From the NCBI GenBank assembly GCA_034439975.1, contig JAWXBK010000110.1, positions 18,818-82,817 of the forward strand: a stretch of DNA of 64,000 nucleotides, in the 5' to 3' direction. Under the pieces are notes generated by a model that did not search any database, was not told the origin of the DNA, and worked only from the letters and a program-made list of their open reading frames with translations. Within the stretch, counting starts at the first letter, position 1, and every line of letters starts with the position of its first letter. The translations under genes were made by a program, and so were the position numbers. This stretch comes from Rhodospirillaceae bacterium. Lineage in GTDB: Bacteria > Pseudomonadota > Alphaproteobacteria > Dongiales > Dongiaceae. Shown one piece after another: positions 1 to 10,271 of the stretch.

Positions 1-306
1 ATCGTCCTGATAGGCCTGCAAAGTGCGTTCAGTAAGTGCGCGGATCGGCTCGCCATTCTCTTTGGCTGCGGCAATGATCTTGTCGTCGACGTCGGTGACG
101 TTGCGTACATAGGTCACGTGGCTTTCGCCATAGACGTGACGCAACAGCCTGAACAAAACATCAAACACCACCACAGGCCGCGCATTGCCGATATGCGCGA
201 AGTCGTAGACCGTCGGGCCACAGACATAGAACCGCACGTTCGCCGGATCGAGCGGTTCGAACGCCTCCTTGCGGCGGCTCAGCGTATTGTGAATCTGGAT
301 CGGCAT
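1..306 (-). CDS. cysS: Cysteinyl-tRNA synthetase, N-terminal part (gene runs off the left edge)
   Basis: ATG at 306 is preceded by GGAGAG. My translation gives [42 protein letters not shown], the class I CysRS N-terminus with its HIGH-type motif. The ORF is absent from the supplied track because it is truncated by the window edge. Confidence 0.85.
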   Translation of the reverse strand, partial: MPIQIHNTLSRRKEAFEPLDPANVRFYVCGPTVYDFAHIGNARPVVVFDVLFRLLRHVYGESHVTYVRNVTDVDDKIIAAAKENGEPIRALTERTLQAYQDD

Positions 307-374
307 AATCTCTCCGGCCAAGCGCGCGCGACCCTAGCAGCGGCCCCAAACCGGCTCAAGGCAGCGCGGCCGCA

Positions 375-1721
375 TCAGCCCGCCGGATCGAGGCGCCGCC
401 GCGAGCGTTCCGCACCAATCAGTGGCAGTAACGCCGCCATCTCCGGCCCCGCGTCGCGGCCGGTCAGCGCGAGACGCAGCGGCCGGAACAGGGCACGTCC
501 CTTGCGGCCGGTCTTTTCCTTGAGCGCATTGGTCCAGCGCGACCAGGTGTCGCGATCCCATGGTTCCGGCGCTAACAGGGCAGCAGCCTCGGCCAGAAAT
601 TCCGGTTCGTCGCGCAGCGGCTCGATCTCGCCGTAACAAACCGCAACCCAGTCCGCCGCGTCCGAAAGTCGCGCGACATTGCCGCGAATTGCGAGCCAGA
701 GCGGTTCGTCGCAACCGAGCGGCGCGAGCCGGTCGGCCACGCGGTCATAGTCGTAACCGTGCAGCACCCGGGCATTGATCGCCGCCAGCGCCGCCGGATC
801 GTAGCGCGGCGCACCGCGACCGAAATGTCCGATATCGAACTGCGCCGCCAACGCGTCGAGAGAGGTTGCGAGCGCATCCTTCTCGCCGCCGGCGCTGCCA
901 ATGCCGGCAAGATAGGCCGCGAGCGCCAGCGGCTCGATGCCGTCGTCGCGCAGATGGGCGGTGGAAAGACTGTTGAGCCGCTTCGAGAGCAGCGCACCCG
1001 TCGCATCGGCGAGCAACGGCAGATGGCCGAACGATGGCGTCTTGCCGCTGAGCGCAAGAAAGATCTGGATCTGCGCTGCGGTGTTCGTCACATGATCGTG
1101 GCCGCGGATCACCTGAGTGATATCGAGATCGATGTCGTCGACGACCGAAGGCAAGGTGTAGAGAAACGATCCGTCGTCGCGCACCAGCACCGGATCGCTC
1201 TGGCTCGCCGCATCGATCCGCTCCGGGCCGCGCACCAGATCGGTCCATTCGACCGGCTCGCGATCGAGCCTGAAGCGCCAATGCGGGCGGCGCCCTTCGG
1301 CTTCGAGCCGCTGCCGATCGCTCTCGTCCAGCGCCAGCGCGGCGCGATCATAGATCGGCGGCTTCCCGGCCTGGAGCTGCGCCTTGCGCCGGAGCGCCAG
1401 TTCCTCCGGCGTCTCATAGCAAGGATAGAGCCGGCCGGATGCTTTCAGCCGTTCGGCCGCGGCACTGTAGAGAGGAACGCGCGCCGACTGCCGCGCCTCC
1501 TCCGCCCAGTCGAGCCCGAGCCAGCGCAGATCTTCGCGGATCGAGTGCTCGAATTCGGGGCGCGAGCGCTGGACATCGGTGTCGTCGAGCCGCAGCACGA
1601 ACGCACCGCCGTGACGGCGTGCCTGCAGCCAGTTCGCGAGCGCGACATAGAGATTGCCGACATGCAGCCGGCCGGTCGGGCTCGGCGCAAAGCGCACGCG
1701 CAGGTTCGCGGCGGGGGTCAT
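375..1721 (-). CDS. gltX: Glutamyl-tRNA synthetase
   Basis: The track ORF is 375..1841. I trimmed it to the internal ATG at 1721 (MTPAANLRVRFAPSPTGRLHVGN). A KMSKS-like LLSKRLNS is present. The untrimmed start would overlap the end of nadE. Confidence 0.9.
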   Translation of the reverse strand: MTPAANLRVRFAPSPTGRLHVGNLYVALANWLQARRHGGAFVLRLDDTDVQRSRPEFEHSIREDLRWLGLDWAEEARQSARVPLYSAAAERLKASGRLYPCYETPEELALRRKAQLQAGKPPIYDRAALALDESDRQRLEAEGRRPHWRFRLDREPVEWTDLVRGPERIDAASQSDPVLVRDDGSFLYTLPSVVDDIDLDITQVIRGHDHVTNTAAQIQIFLALSGKTPSFGHLPLLADATGALLSKRLNSLSTAHLRDDGIEPLALAAYLAGIGSAGGEKDALATSLDALAAQFDIGHFGRGAPRYDPAALAAINARVLHGYDYDRVADRLAPLGCDEPLWLAIRGNVARLSDAADWVAVCYGEIEPLRDEPEFLAEAAALLAPEPWDRDTWSRWTNALKEKTGRKGRALFRPLRLALTGRDAGPEMAALLPLIGAERSRRRLDPAG

Positions 1722-1725
1722 CGCA

Positions 1726-3390
1726 TCACCCCGCGCGGGGCCGGAAACGATTGGTGATCGGATAGCGCCGGTCGCGGCCGAAGGAACGGCGCGTGATCTT
1801 GACGCCGGGCGGCGCCTGACGCCGCTTGTATTCGGCCGCATCGAGCATGTTCCAGACGCGCACCACGGTGGCAGCCTGGTGGCCGCGCGCGACGATTTCG
1901 TCGATCCCGAGATCGCGCTCGATCAGACATTCGAGGATGTCGTCGAGTTTGTCATAGGGCGGCAACGAATCCTGGTCGGTCTGGTTCGGCTTCAATTCGG
2001 CGGTGGGCGGACGGGTGATGGTCCGCTCGGGAATGACGCGCCCCTCCGGTCCCAGCGCACCATGCGGCCGCGCCTTGTTGCGCCAGCGCGACAAGGCAAA
2101 CACGCTGGTCTTGTATACGTCCTTCAGCACGGAATAGCCGCCGCACATATCGCCATAGAGCGTCGCATAGCCGACCGACATTTCCGACTTGTTGCCGGTC
2201 GAGAGCACCATATGGCCGAACTTGTTCGAGATCGCCATCAGGAGCACGCCGCGGCTGCGCGCCTGGATGTTTTCTTCCGTGGTATCGGGCGCACGGCCGG
2301 CGAAGATCGGGTCCAGGATATCGCCGAAGGCGTTCATCGGCGCCTCGATCGACAGCACGTCGTGGCGGATACCGAGCAGACGCGCGCATTCGGCCGCGTC
2401 CTCGAAGCTCGCGTCGCTGGTGTAGGGCGAGGCCATCATCACCGACCAGACGCGATCGGCACCGAGCGCATCGACCGCGACGGCGGCGCTGAGCGCCGAA
2501 TCGATGCCGCCGGACAGGCCGATCACGACGCCAGGAAAGCGGTTCTTGGCAACGTAGTCGCGCAAGCCGAGGCAGAGTGCGCTGTAGATCTCTTCGTCGC
2601 CCTCGACCACCCGCGCGATCGTGCCCTCGCGGCAGCGCCAGTCGTCGCCCTCGCGCTGCCAGCGCGTCAGGCCGACATGCTCGCGGAAGGTCGGCAGCTG
2701 CGCCTTCAGAATGCCGTCCGGATCGAGCACGAACGAGCCGCCATCGAAAATCAATTCGTCCTGGCCGCAGATCTGGTTCACATAAATGAGTGGCAGGCCG
2801 TGCGCCGCGACGCGCGCGCCGGCAAGCTGAAAGCGCTCGTCATGCTTGTCCCGTTCATAGGGACTGCCGTTGATCACGATCAGGATTTCTGCGCCGCTTT
2901 CGGCCAATGTCTCGCTGACATCGGGCGTCCACATATCCTCGCAGACCATGACGCCGAGCCGAACACCACGAAACGCAATCGGCCCTTGCGGCGGCGCGGC
3001 GGAAAAAACCCGCTTCTCGTCGAATACGCCGTAGTTCGGCAGATCGACCTTGCGACGGATCGCAGCCACCTTCCCGCCGTCGAGCAGCAACGCCGCGTTA
3101 TAGATCCGTCCATCCTCGGCCCAGGGGCAACCGACCAGCATCGCGGGACCGCCATCGGCAGTATCGGCAGCGAGCTCTTCGGCCGCCTCGCGGCAGCGCG
3201 CCTGAAAAAACGGCTTCAGAACCAGGTCTTCCGGCGGATAGCCGCTGACCACCAGTTCGGAGGCGACCAGCAGCTCGGCGCCATTGCGCGCCGCCTCGGC
3301 CCGGGCGTCGCGCAGGCGTGCGACATTGCCATCGAGGTCGCCCACGACGGGGTTGAGCTGGGCCAGCGCGATGGCGAGACTGTCGGTCAT
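1726..3390 (-). CDS. nadE: Glutamine-dependent NAD+ synthetase
   Basis: 554 aa, ATG at 3390. It has an N-terminal CN-hydrolase-like domain (LAQLNPVVGDL...) and a C-terminal PP-loop (LSGGIDSAL). Confidence 0.92.
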   Translation of the reverse strand: MTDSLAIALAQLNPVVGDLDGNVARLRDARAEAARNGAELLVASELVVSGYPPEDLVLKPFFQARCREAAEELAADTADGGPAMLVGCPWAEDGRIYNAALLLDGGKVAAIRRKVDLPNYGVFDEKRVFSAAPPQGPIAFRGVRLGVMVCEDMWTPDVSETLAESGAEILIVINGSPYERDKHDERFQLAGARVAAHGLPLIYVNQICGQDELIFDGGSFVLDPDGILKAQLPTFREHVGLTRWQREGDDWRCREGTIARVVEGDEEIYSALCLGLRDYVAKNRFPGVVIGLSGGIDSALSAAVAVDALGADRVWSVMMASPYTSDASFEDAAECARLLGIRHDVLSIEAPMNAFGDILDPIFAGRAPDTTEENIQARSRGVLLMAISNKFGHMVLSTGNKSEMSVGYATLYGDMCGGYSVLKDVYKTSVFALSRWRNKARPHGALGPEGRVIPERTITRPPTAELKPNQTDQDSLPPYDKLDDILECLIERDLGIDEIVARGHQAATVVRVWNMLDAAEYKRRQAPPGVKITRRSFGRDRRYPITNRFRPRAG

Positions 3391-3474
3391 GCGGATCTAG
3401 ATGTAGCGCAGCCCCTGCCTTACAACCAAGGTCCTGCGATCCGGTGCAACAAAGCGGCCCGAGAGGAAGAGACC

Positions 3475-4755
3475 ATGGCGGATTCCGGCCTTACCAAAGA
3501 GATCATGGCGGCGGTCGATACCGGTTTCGATTCGCAGCTCGCCTTCACCCGCGATCTGACCGCGATTCCCTCTCTGCGGGGTCGCGAGGCGCCGGCACAG
3601 GATTTCATGGCCCGGGCCTATCGCGAGCGCGGGCTCGCGGTCGACCGCTGGAAGATCGACGTGAAAGACATCCAGCATCTGCCCGGCTTCTCGCCCGTCA
3701 TGGTCAGCTACGACGATGCATGGAACGTCGTCGGCAGCCACCGGCCGCGTGAAACCAAGGGCCGCTCTCTGATCCTGAACGGGCATATCGACGTGGTCCC
3801 GACCGGGCCGGCCGACATGTGGGTGAAACCGCCGTTCGAACCGCATGTCGAAGGCAACTGGCTCTATGGCCGCGGCGCCGGCGACATGAAGGCGGGGTTG
3901 GCCGCGGGGATGTTCGCGCTCGATGCCCTGCGCCGCGTCGGCTATCAGCCGGCAGCCGACGTCTACCTGCAATCCGTCGTCGAAGAAGAATGCACCGGCA
4001 ATGGTGCGCTCGCCTGCCTGCAGCGCGGCTATCGTGCCGATGCCGCCCTCATTCCCGAACCGACCAGCGATACGCTGGTCGCGGCGCAGGTCGGCGTCAT
4101 GTGGTTCCAGGTCAAGATCAAGGGCCGTCCGGTCCATGTGTCGGTCGCCGGCACCGGCGCCAATGCGATCGAAGCCGCTTATCCGATCATGGCGGCACTG
4201 CACGAGCTCGAGGCGAAATGGAATGCGGACAAACATGCCGCGTTCCACGCGGTCCATCATCCGCTGAACTTCGTGGTCAGCCGGATCGAGGGCGGCGACT
4301 GGACGTCGAGCGTACCGGCCTGGTGCACGTTCGACATGCGGATCGGCATCTATCCGGGCATGGATCTGAAGACGGTTCGCGAAGCGGTCGAGCAGACCGT
4401 TTCATCCGCCGCACGCCGCGATTCATATCTCTCGAACAGTCCGCCGGAGATCGTCTATCACGGCTTCCAGGCGGAAGGGTATGTGCTTGAGAATGCGGAA
4501 GAACCGATCGGAGTATTGGAACGCGCCCATGGCGCCGCGACCGGCACCGCACTCGAGCAATACGCGATCACCGGCACGACCGATGCACGATTCTTCGGGC
4601 TTTATGCCGATATCCCGGCGTTGGTCTACGGACCGACATCCGAGAGCATCCACGGATACGACGAGCGCGTCGATATCGCATCGACCCGGCGCGTCACCCA
4701 GGCGATCGCGCTCTTCGTGGCCGAATGGTGCGGGCTGGAGAAGCTCGCAGCCTGA
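3475..4755 (+). CDS. M20 family metallopeptidase (ArgE/DapE-like deacylase)
   Basis: This is the 3' part of the 1033-aa track ORF. An in-frame ATG at 3475 follows GAGAGGAAGAG. Motifs: LILNGHIDVVP, GRGAGDMKAG, EEECTGNG. Confidence 0.85.
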   Translation: MADSGLTKEIMAAVDTGFDSQLAFTRDLTAIPSLRGREAPAQDFMARAYRERGLAVDRWKIDVKDIQHLPGFSPVMVSYDDAWNVVGSHRPRETKGRSLILNGHIDVVPTGPADMWVKPPFEPHVEGNWLYGRGAGDMKAGLAAGMFALDALRRVGYQPAADVYLQSVVEEECTGNGALACLQRGYRADAALIPEPTSDTLVAAQVGVMWFQVKIKGRPVHVSVAGTGANAIEAAYPIMAALHELEAKWNADKHAAFHAVHHPLNFVVSRIEGGDWTSSVPAWCTFDMRIGIYPGMDLKTVREAVEQTVSSAARRDSYLSNSPPEIVYHGFQAEGYVLENAEEPIGVLERAHGAATGTALEQYAITGTTDARFFGLYADIPALVYGPTSESIHGYDERVDIASTRRVTQAIALFVAEWCGLEKLAA

Positions 4756-4765
4756 CGGGAACGCG

Positions 4766-5902
4766 CTATTCCTTGTCGGCGTCGAGGCGACGCAGCAGGA
4801 ACTCGCGCCCGACCTTGACCCGCGGCGTGCCGTCATAGGCGACGATGTCGGCCGTCGCATAGGTCTCGGGCCAGCGATGCGGCAGATAGGAGCCGGTGCC
4901 GATCACGTCGATCGGAGCGCTGGCTTCGGCCATCAGTTTGCATTTCGCCGGGTCGAAGCCCGATGACGCGACCAGTTTCACGTCGCGGAAACCGGCCTCG
5001 TCGAGCGCACCGCGCATATGGAAGCAGGCCGCCGCCGAGACGCCGCCGCCGACCAGATAGCGCAGCTCGGATTCGCTGCGATAGCCGCGGATCGCATGCG
5101 GCGCGTGACGATCGAGCACTGCGTATGAGCGCGGCGGATCGAGCCCCTCGATGAAGCGGCTGCCGGGCGTGTCGATTCGCACCGAGAGGCGACCGGCCTT
5201 CGCGAGTTCCGGAAAACGCCGGCAGACGGCAATCGTATCGGTCACTTCCTGCGCGAAGTAATCGACCAGCACGGTCATGTCGTCGTTCGGAAAGGCCTCG
5301 TGCATCATCTCGGCCGCGCGCACGGTCGAACCGGCATAGCCGATCAGCGCATGCGGCATGGTACCCATGCCATCGCGCTTGCCGAAATAATGCGCAGTCG
5401 CCTGGGTCGCATTGCCGATGAAGCCCTTGGCGCCGACCTTGCGCCGCGCGCGATCCGACCCGACGCTCGCGGCATAGGCCATGAGCTCGGCCATCTCGAG
5501 ACCGGCGCAATGTCGTGCATCCATCGCAAGGAAGGCGACGCGCGGCAGATCGGCGCACATCGTATAGGCATTGAACGCGGCGACGCAGGCCGGGCCGATC
5601 TTCTGCAGGAAGATCGTCTCGAGATCGACGAGCTGCACGAACGAGCCGGTGATATAGAGAATAACTTCACCGGCGCCGACCCAGCGCCCTTCCTGATACA
5701 TGACCTCGATCTTGAACGAGGTACTGCGCGCCTTCGCGACCGCGTTAAGCCATTCGATGGCCAAACGCGGCGCCGAGATCACCGGACGCCGCATGAAAAC
5801 GGCGTAGGTGACCGGCATGTCGCCGAAACGGGCGACGGTCTCTTTCGTCTTCAGAAAGTAATGATCCGTCCAGGCAGGAATCTGATCCGGTTCCGGAATC
5901 AT
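4766..5902 (-). CDS. Nicotinate phosphoribosyltransferase family protein
   Basis: 378 aa, ATG at 5902. The N-terminus (TDHYFLKTKE...) and overall layout recall type II phosphoribosyltransferases of the NAPRTase family. It is convergent with the M20 gene. Confidence 0.72.
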   Translation of the reverse strand: MIPEPDQIPAWTDHYFLKTKETVARFGDMPVTYAVFMRRPVISAPRLAIEWLNAVAKARSTSFKIEVMYQEGRWVGAGEVILYITGSFVQLVDLETIFLQKIGPACVAAFNAYTMCADLPRVAFLAMDARHCAGLEMAELMAYAASVGSDRARRKVGAKGFIGNATQATAHYFGKRDGMGTMPHALIGYAGSTVRAAEMMHEAFPNDDMTVLVDYFAQEVTDTIAVCRRFPELAKAGRLSVRIDTPGSRFIEGLDPPRSYAVLDRHAPHAIRGYRSESELRYLVGGGVSAAACFHMRGALDEAGFRDVKLVASSGFDPAKCKLMAEASAPIDVIGTGSYLPHRWPETYATADIVAYDGTPRVKVGREFLLRRLDADKE

Positions 5903-5924
5903 CGCCCCGCCCTCTTCTATTTCG

Positions 5925-7307
5925 TTACGAAGCTTCGGCGAGACGACGGCCGTTGCTCAGGCGCTCGGTCTTGAGCGATTCCGCGAGCAGGAAAGCAAGC
6001 TCGATCGACTGCGACGCATTGAGACGCGGATCGCAATGGGTGTGATAGCGATCGGCAAGCGCCTGCTCGGTGATCGCCTGCGCGCCTCCGATACATTCGG
6101 TCACGTCCTGCCCGGTCATCTCGACATGGACGCCGCCGGCATGCGTGCCTTCGGCCCGATGGACCTCGAAGAAGCCGCGCACCTCGGCCAGAATCCGGTC
6201 GAACGGCCGCGTCTTGTAGCCGGTCGAGGATTTGACGGTATTGCCGTGCATCGGATCGCTCGACCAGACAACCTTGGCGCCCTCGCGCGTGACCGCGCGG
6301 ATCAACCCGGGCAGTTTCTCGCCGATCTTGTCGTGACCCATGCGGCAGATCAGCGTCAGGCGGCCCGGGATGTTCTTCGGGTTCAGGATGTGGATCAGGC
6401 GCAGGAGGTCGTCGGGATCCAGCGACGGCCCGCATTTCAGGCCGATCGGATTGTCGACGCCGCGCAGGAACTCGATATGTGCGCTGTCGTAATTGCGCGT
6501 GCGATCGCCGATCCACAGCATATGGGCCGAGCAATCGTACCAGCGGCCGGTCAGGCTATCGACGCGGGTCAGCGCCTGCTCGTACCAGAGCAGGAGCGCT
6601 TCGTGGCTGGTGAAGAAATCGGTCTCGCGGATCTGTGGCGCGGTTTCCGCCGTCAGGCCACAGGCCTCCATGAAGTTCAGCGTCTCGGAGAGACGATCCG
6701 CCAGTTCCGCATAGCGATGGCCCTGCGGGCTGTCGGCGACGAAATCGAGCGTCCAGCGATGCACCTTGTGCAGATCGGCAAAACCGCCCTGCGCGAAAGC
6801 ACGCAGGAGATTGAGCGTCGCCGCCGCCTGGTTGTAAGCGCGCAGCAGCCGCTCCGGATCGGGCTGGCGCGAGGCCAGATCGAAATCGATCGCATTGACG
6901 ATGTCGCCGCGATAGCTCGGCAGCTCGACATCGCCCTGCTTCTCGGTCGGGGTCGAGCGCGGCTTGGCGAACTGGCCGGCCATGCGACCGACCTTCACGA
7001 CCGGCAACGCCGCGCCGAAGGTCAGCACGATCGCCATCTGCAGCAGAACGCGGAAGGTATCGCGGATGTTGTTGGCATGGAATTCGGCGAAGCTTTCCGC
7101 GCAGTCGCCGCCCTGAAGCAGGAAAGCCTTGCCATCGGCCACGCGGCCGAGCGCATCCGTGAGGCGCCGCGCCTCGCCGGCAAAAACCAGCGGCGGATAG
7201 GTGCGCAAGGTCGCCTCGACCGCTGCGAGGCGGTCGGCATCCGGGTACTCCGGCATCTGGCTGATCGGCTTTGAGCGCCAGCTATCCGGGCTCCAGGTGG
7301 CAGTCAT
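5925..7307 (-). CDS. Class II 3-deoxy-7-phosphoheptulonate (DAHP) synthase
   Basis: Internal ATG at 7307 ([23 protein letters not shown]...). The C-terminus has [18 protein letters not shown], typical of class II DAHP synthases. Confidence 0.9.
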   Translation of the reverse strand: MTATWSPDSWRSKPISQMPEYPDADRLAAVEATLRTYPPLVFAGEARRLTDALGRVADGKAFLLQGGDCAESFAEFHANNIRDTFRVLLQMAIVLTFGAALPVVKVGRMAGQFAKPRSTPTEKQGDVELPSYRGDIVNAIDFDLASRQPDPERLLRAYNQAAATLNLLRAFAQGGFADLHKVHRWTLDFVADSPQGHRYAELADRLSETLNFMEACGLTAETAPQIRETDFFTSHEALLLWYEQALTRVDSLTGRWYDCSAHMLWIGDRTRNYDSAHIEFLRGVDNPIGLKCGPSLDPDDLLRLIHILNPKNIPGRLTLICRMGHDKIGEKLPGLIRAVTREGAKVVWSSDPMHGNTVKSSTGYKTRPFDRILAEVRGFFEVHRAEGTHAGGVHVEMTGQDVTECIGGAQAITEQALADRYHTHCDPRLNASQSIELAFLLAESLKTERLSNGRRLAEAS

Positions 7308-7506
7308 CGTCGTATCCTTTCGCGGCTGCGGCCCGTTCACGAGGGGGCCGGCGAACCGAAGCGCATGCGTATACGCCCGAAGCGAACAAAGGGTCAACCG
7401 CGGCAGCCCGGAGCCGGTTAGTGGAAACGCTCGGAAAAGATAACTTTTTCAACGACCTGCGGACCGAGGCGACCGGCGTGGCGGCGCGCGGCCGTCGACG
7501 ACGCGT

Positions 7507-8886
7507 TTACTCCGCTGCGGCCTCGGCCGGATCGGGCAAGGGCGTGCGGAGGGTGACGAATTCTTCCGCCGCGGTCGGGTGGATCGCGACGGTCTCGTCG
7601 AGCTGGCGCTTGGTGAGGCCGAGCTTCACCGCGATCGCGATGCCCTGGATGATCTCGGGCGCATCCATGCCAACCATATGAGCGCCCAGCACGCGCTGCG
7701 AGGCACGGTCAACGATGAGCTTGACGAGGGTACGCTCGGTGCGCGCGGTCATCGTGTGCTTCAGCGGTTTGAAATCCGCCTTGTAGATGTCGACTGCGCC
7801 GAAACGCCGTCGCGCCTCGGCCTCGCCGAGCCCGACCGACCCGACCGGCGGATGCGAGAATACCGCCGAGGGAATGTTGTCGTGGTCGACGGACCAGGGG
7901 CGCTTGCCGAAAACCGTATCGGCGAAGGCAACACCCTCGCGGATTGCGACCGGCGTCAGGTTGGCGCGATTGGTGCAGTCGCCGATCGAATAGATGTTCT
8001 CGACCGCGGTGCGCGACAACGGATCGACCTTGACCGCGCCGTCCACATCGAGTTCGACGCCGATCGCCTCGAGACCGAGGCTCTGGGTATTCGGAACGCG
8101 ACCGGTCGCGAACATGACGACGTCGCTTTCGAGCGCGGTGCCGCCGGTCAGCGAAACATGAATGCCGGCGGGCGATTTCATCAGCCGCACCGGATCTTCG
8201 TAGACGCGGATATCGACGCCCTTCTTGGCCATCTCGGTTGCGGTGAAACGGCGCACATCGTCGTCGAAGCCGCGCAGGATCTGGTCGCGGCGATAGGTGA
8301 CGATGACCTCGCTGCCGAGCCCGTTGAAGATGCTGGCGAACTCCAGCGCCACATAGCCGCCACCGACAATAAGAACGCGTTTGGGCAAGGTCTCGAGATA
8401 AAACGCCTCGTTGGAGGTGATGCCTAGCTCGGCGCCGGGGATTTCCGGTTTGATCGGATGGCCGCCAACCGCGATGAGCACATACTCGGCCGTGATGCGC
8501 CGATCGCCGAGGCGAATGGTATGCGCATCTTCCAGGACGGCGCGCGTCTCGAAAACGGTCACACCGGAATTCTTGAGCAGATCCTTGTAGATCCCGTTCA
8601 ACCGGTCGATCTCGCGATCCTTGTTCGCGATCAGGCGGCCCCAATCGAACTGCACGCCCTCAACGGTCCAGCCGTAATTGACGGCGTCCTCGAAATCCTC
8701 GTGAAAATGCGCGCCATAGGAGAGCAGTTTCTTCGGCACGCAGCCGCGGATGACGCAGGTTCCGCCGACGCGATACTCCTCGGCGATCGCGACCCGCGCG
8801 CCATAACCGGCCGACATGCGCGCGGCGCGAACGCCGCCCGAGCCGGCACCGATAACGAAGAGATCGTAGTCGTAGCGGCTCGGCAT
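7507..8886 (-). CDS. gor: Glutathione-disulfide reductase
   Basis: ATG at 8886 (MPSRYDYDLFVIGAGSGG). It has the redox-active GGTCVIRGCVPKK and a pyridine nucleotide-disulfide oxidoreductase layout. Confidence 0.85.
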   Translation of the reverse strand: MPSRYDYDLFVIGAGSGGVRAARMSAGYGARVAIAEEYRVGGTCVIRGCVPKKLLSYGAHFHEDFEDAVNYGWTVEGVQFDWGRLIANKDREIDRLNGIYKDLLKNSGVTVFETRAVLEDAHTIRLGDRRITAEYVLIAVGGHPIKPEIPGAELGITSNEAFYLETLPKRVLIVGGGYVALEFASIFNGLGSEVIVTYRRDQILRGFDDDVRRFTATEMAKKGVDIRVYEDPVRLMKSPAGIHVSLTGGTALESDVVMFATGRVPNTQSLGLEAIGVELDVDGAVKVDPLSRTAVENIYSIGDCTNRANLTPVAIREGVAFADTVFGKRPWSVDHDNIPSAVFSHPPVGSVGLGEAEARRRFGAVDIYKADFKPLKHTMTARTERTLVKLIVDRASQRVLGAHMVGMDAPEIIQGIAIAVKLGLTKRQLDETVAIHPTAAEEFVTLRTPLPDPAEAAAE

Positions 8887-8894
8887 CGCGCCTC

Positions 8895-10271
8895 TCATCC
8901 CGAATGGGGCGCGAGCGACCGCCAGCGCCGCCACAGGAGATAAGCGATCGGCAGCAAGGTTGCCAGAGGGCCGGCAATCGCGATTGCGGGATGACCGAAC
9001 GGCCATGGCATGACGATGGCATAGGCCTCGTCGGGTGCGACGAAGCTCAACAGCATCGGCAGGATGCCGTAATTGACCGCGAGCAGGATCGCGGCGGCCA
9101 CGTCGGGCGAGCGGGTCTTCGGCGACATGTTGAGCCAGAGCACGAGGGCCGTGTCGCGCAGCATGAACAGAATCGCGGCAACCGACCAGGCCAGCAGCGA
9201 GCCGCCCCCGATGCTGTCTCGATCGGTGAAATCGTCGTAGAGATCGAACATTTCGTAGGTTTGCGCATCGGGCGACGACATCGCCCAGACGACGATCAAA
9301 ACGGCGGCAAGCACGAACGAGAACAGCCAGGACGGAAACAGCCGCGCTGCGCGTCCGATATCGCCGCCGGCGATGGCGCGCAGGAACCAGCGCAAACGGA
9401 TGCCGTCTTTCCCGTCGCAGAGCAGCGCCGCATAGAAGAGCGCAACAGACACAATCGCCGCACCCATGAGTGCCATCGACGGCGATTCACCCCGCTCGAG
9501 CGGCAACAGGAAGCCCAGTAGATAAGCGAGCACGAAAGCCGACACAGCCGGCCAGCCCCAGGGCCAGGTCGGCTTCTGTAGTTCGCCGCACATCGCGCGA
9601 TAGACGCCGAAGCCGAGCCACAAAGCGAGCGCCGCCTGCGTCGCCAGCAGGAACATCGGTTCGGCGATGCGCTCGCCATACCAGAGGACGGTGTAGGGGT
9701 GGTCGACCGTGAATTCGTCGAGAAAACCCCCGGCCGTGCTCGATGCCAGAAGCCCGACCGCGACACCGGCCGCCTGCGCCATGAACGACGCACGCCGCCC
9801 CGGATCGCGCGGCCGGCGCAGGTGCAGCAGCACGACCAGAAACGATGTCAGCATCGCGGCCATGCCGACGAACAGCAGCTCGAGGGCAAGACGCAACCGC
9901 TCCATCACTTCCGCCGGCTCGATCCCGGCGAGCGTCGCAACCGCGAGGCAGATCAGGCTCGCGTACCAGACATAAGCGGTGCCGCCGACGAACTTGCCCC
10001 AGCTCATCGACCAGGGGCCGAGGGCAGTCATGCGCTGGGCGTCCCAGGTGCCGCCGGTGATCTCGTCGGCGAGCGCGTTCGCTGCGCGGCGCGTGCCCCA
10101 GAGCAGCACCAGCGCGAGAAAGATGTAACGGGCGGCGAACCGTACCTCGTCCACGGAGCGGCCCGCGATGTACCAGACCAGCAGAAGAACGATCGTGAGG
10201 AGAATGGGCACGATCAGCAGGCGCGAGGGCGTCAGCTCGATCCAGAGATTGCGGCGGAGTTCCGGGTTCAT
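8895..10271 (-). CDS. Polytopic membrane protein, probable ABC transporter permease partner
   Basis: 458 aa and very hydrophobic throughout. Its ATG overlaps the stop of the upstream ABC ATPase (ATGA). Confidence 0.7.
   Translation of the reverse strand: MNPELRRNLWIELTPSRLLIVPILLTIVLLLVWYIAGRSVDEVRFAARYIFLALVLLWGTRRAANALADEITGGTWDAQRMTALGPWSMSWGKFVGGTAYVWYASLICLAVATLAGIEPAEVMERLRLALELLFVGMAAMLTSFLVVLLHLRRPRDPGRRASFMAQAAGVAVGLLASSTAGGFLDEFTVDHPYTVLWYGERIAEPMFLLATQAALALWLGFGVYRAMCGELQKPTWPWGWPAVSAFVLAYLLGFLLPLERGESPSMALMGAAIVSVALFYAALLCDGKDGIRLRWFLRAIAGGDIGRAARLFPSWLFSFVLAAVLIVVWAMSSPDAQTYEMFDLYDDFTDRDSIGGGSLLAWSVAAILFMLRDTALVLWLNMSPKTRSPDVAAAILLAVNYGILPMLLSFVAPDEAYAIVMPWPFGHPAIAIAGPLATLLPIAYLLWRRWRSLAPHSG

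Noticed and set aside
118-714. ORFs 118..636(+), 161..349(-) and 334..714(-) at the left edge.
   Set aside because: They overlap the cysS N-terminus and the gltX C-terminus, which give clear synthetase sequences in other frames.
1654-4755. A 1033-aa plus-strand ORF suggesting a giant protein.
   Set aside because: Only the last 426 codons (from ATG 3475, with a good RBS) encode the M20 peptidase. The upstream two thirds is the antisense shadow of nadE, with Arg/Ala/Gly-rich low-complexity translation typical of high-GC DNA.
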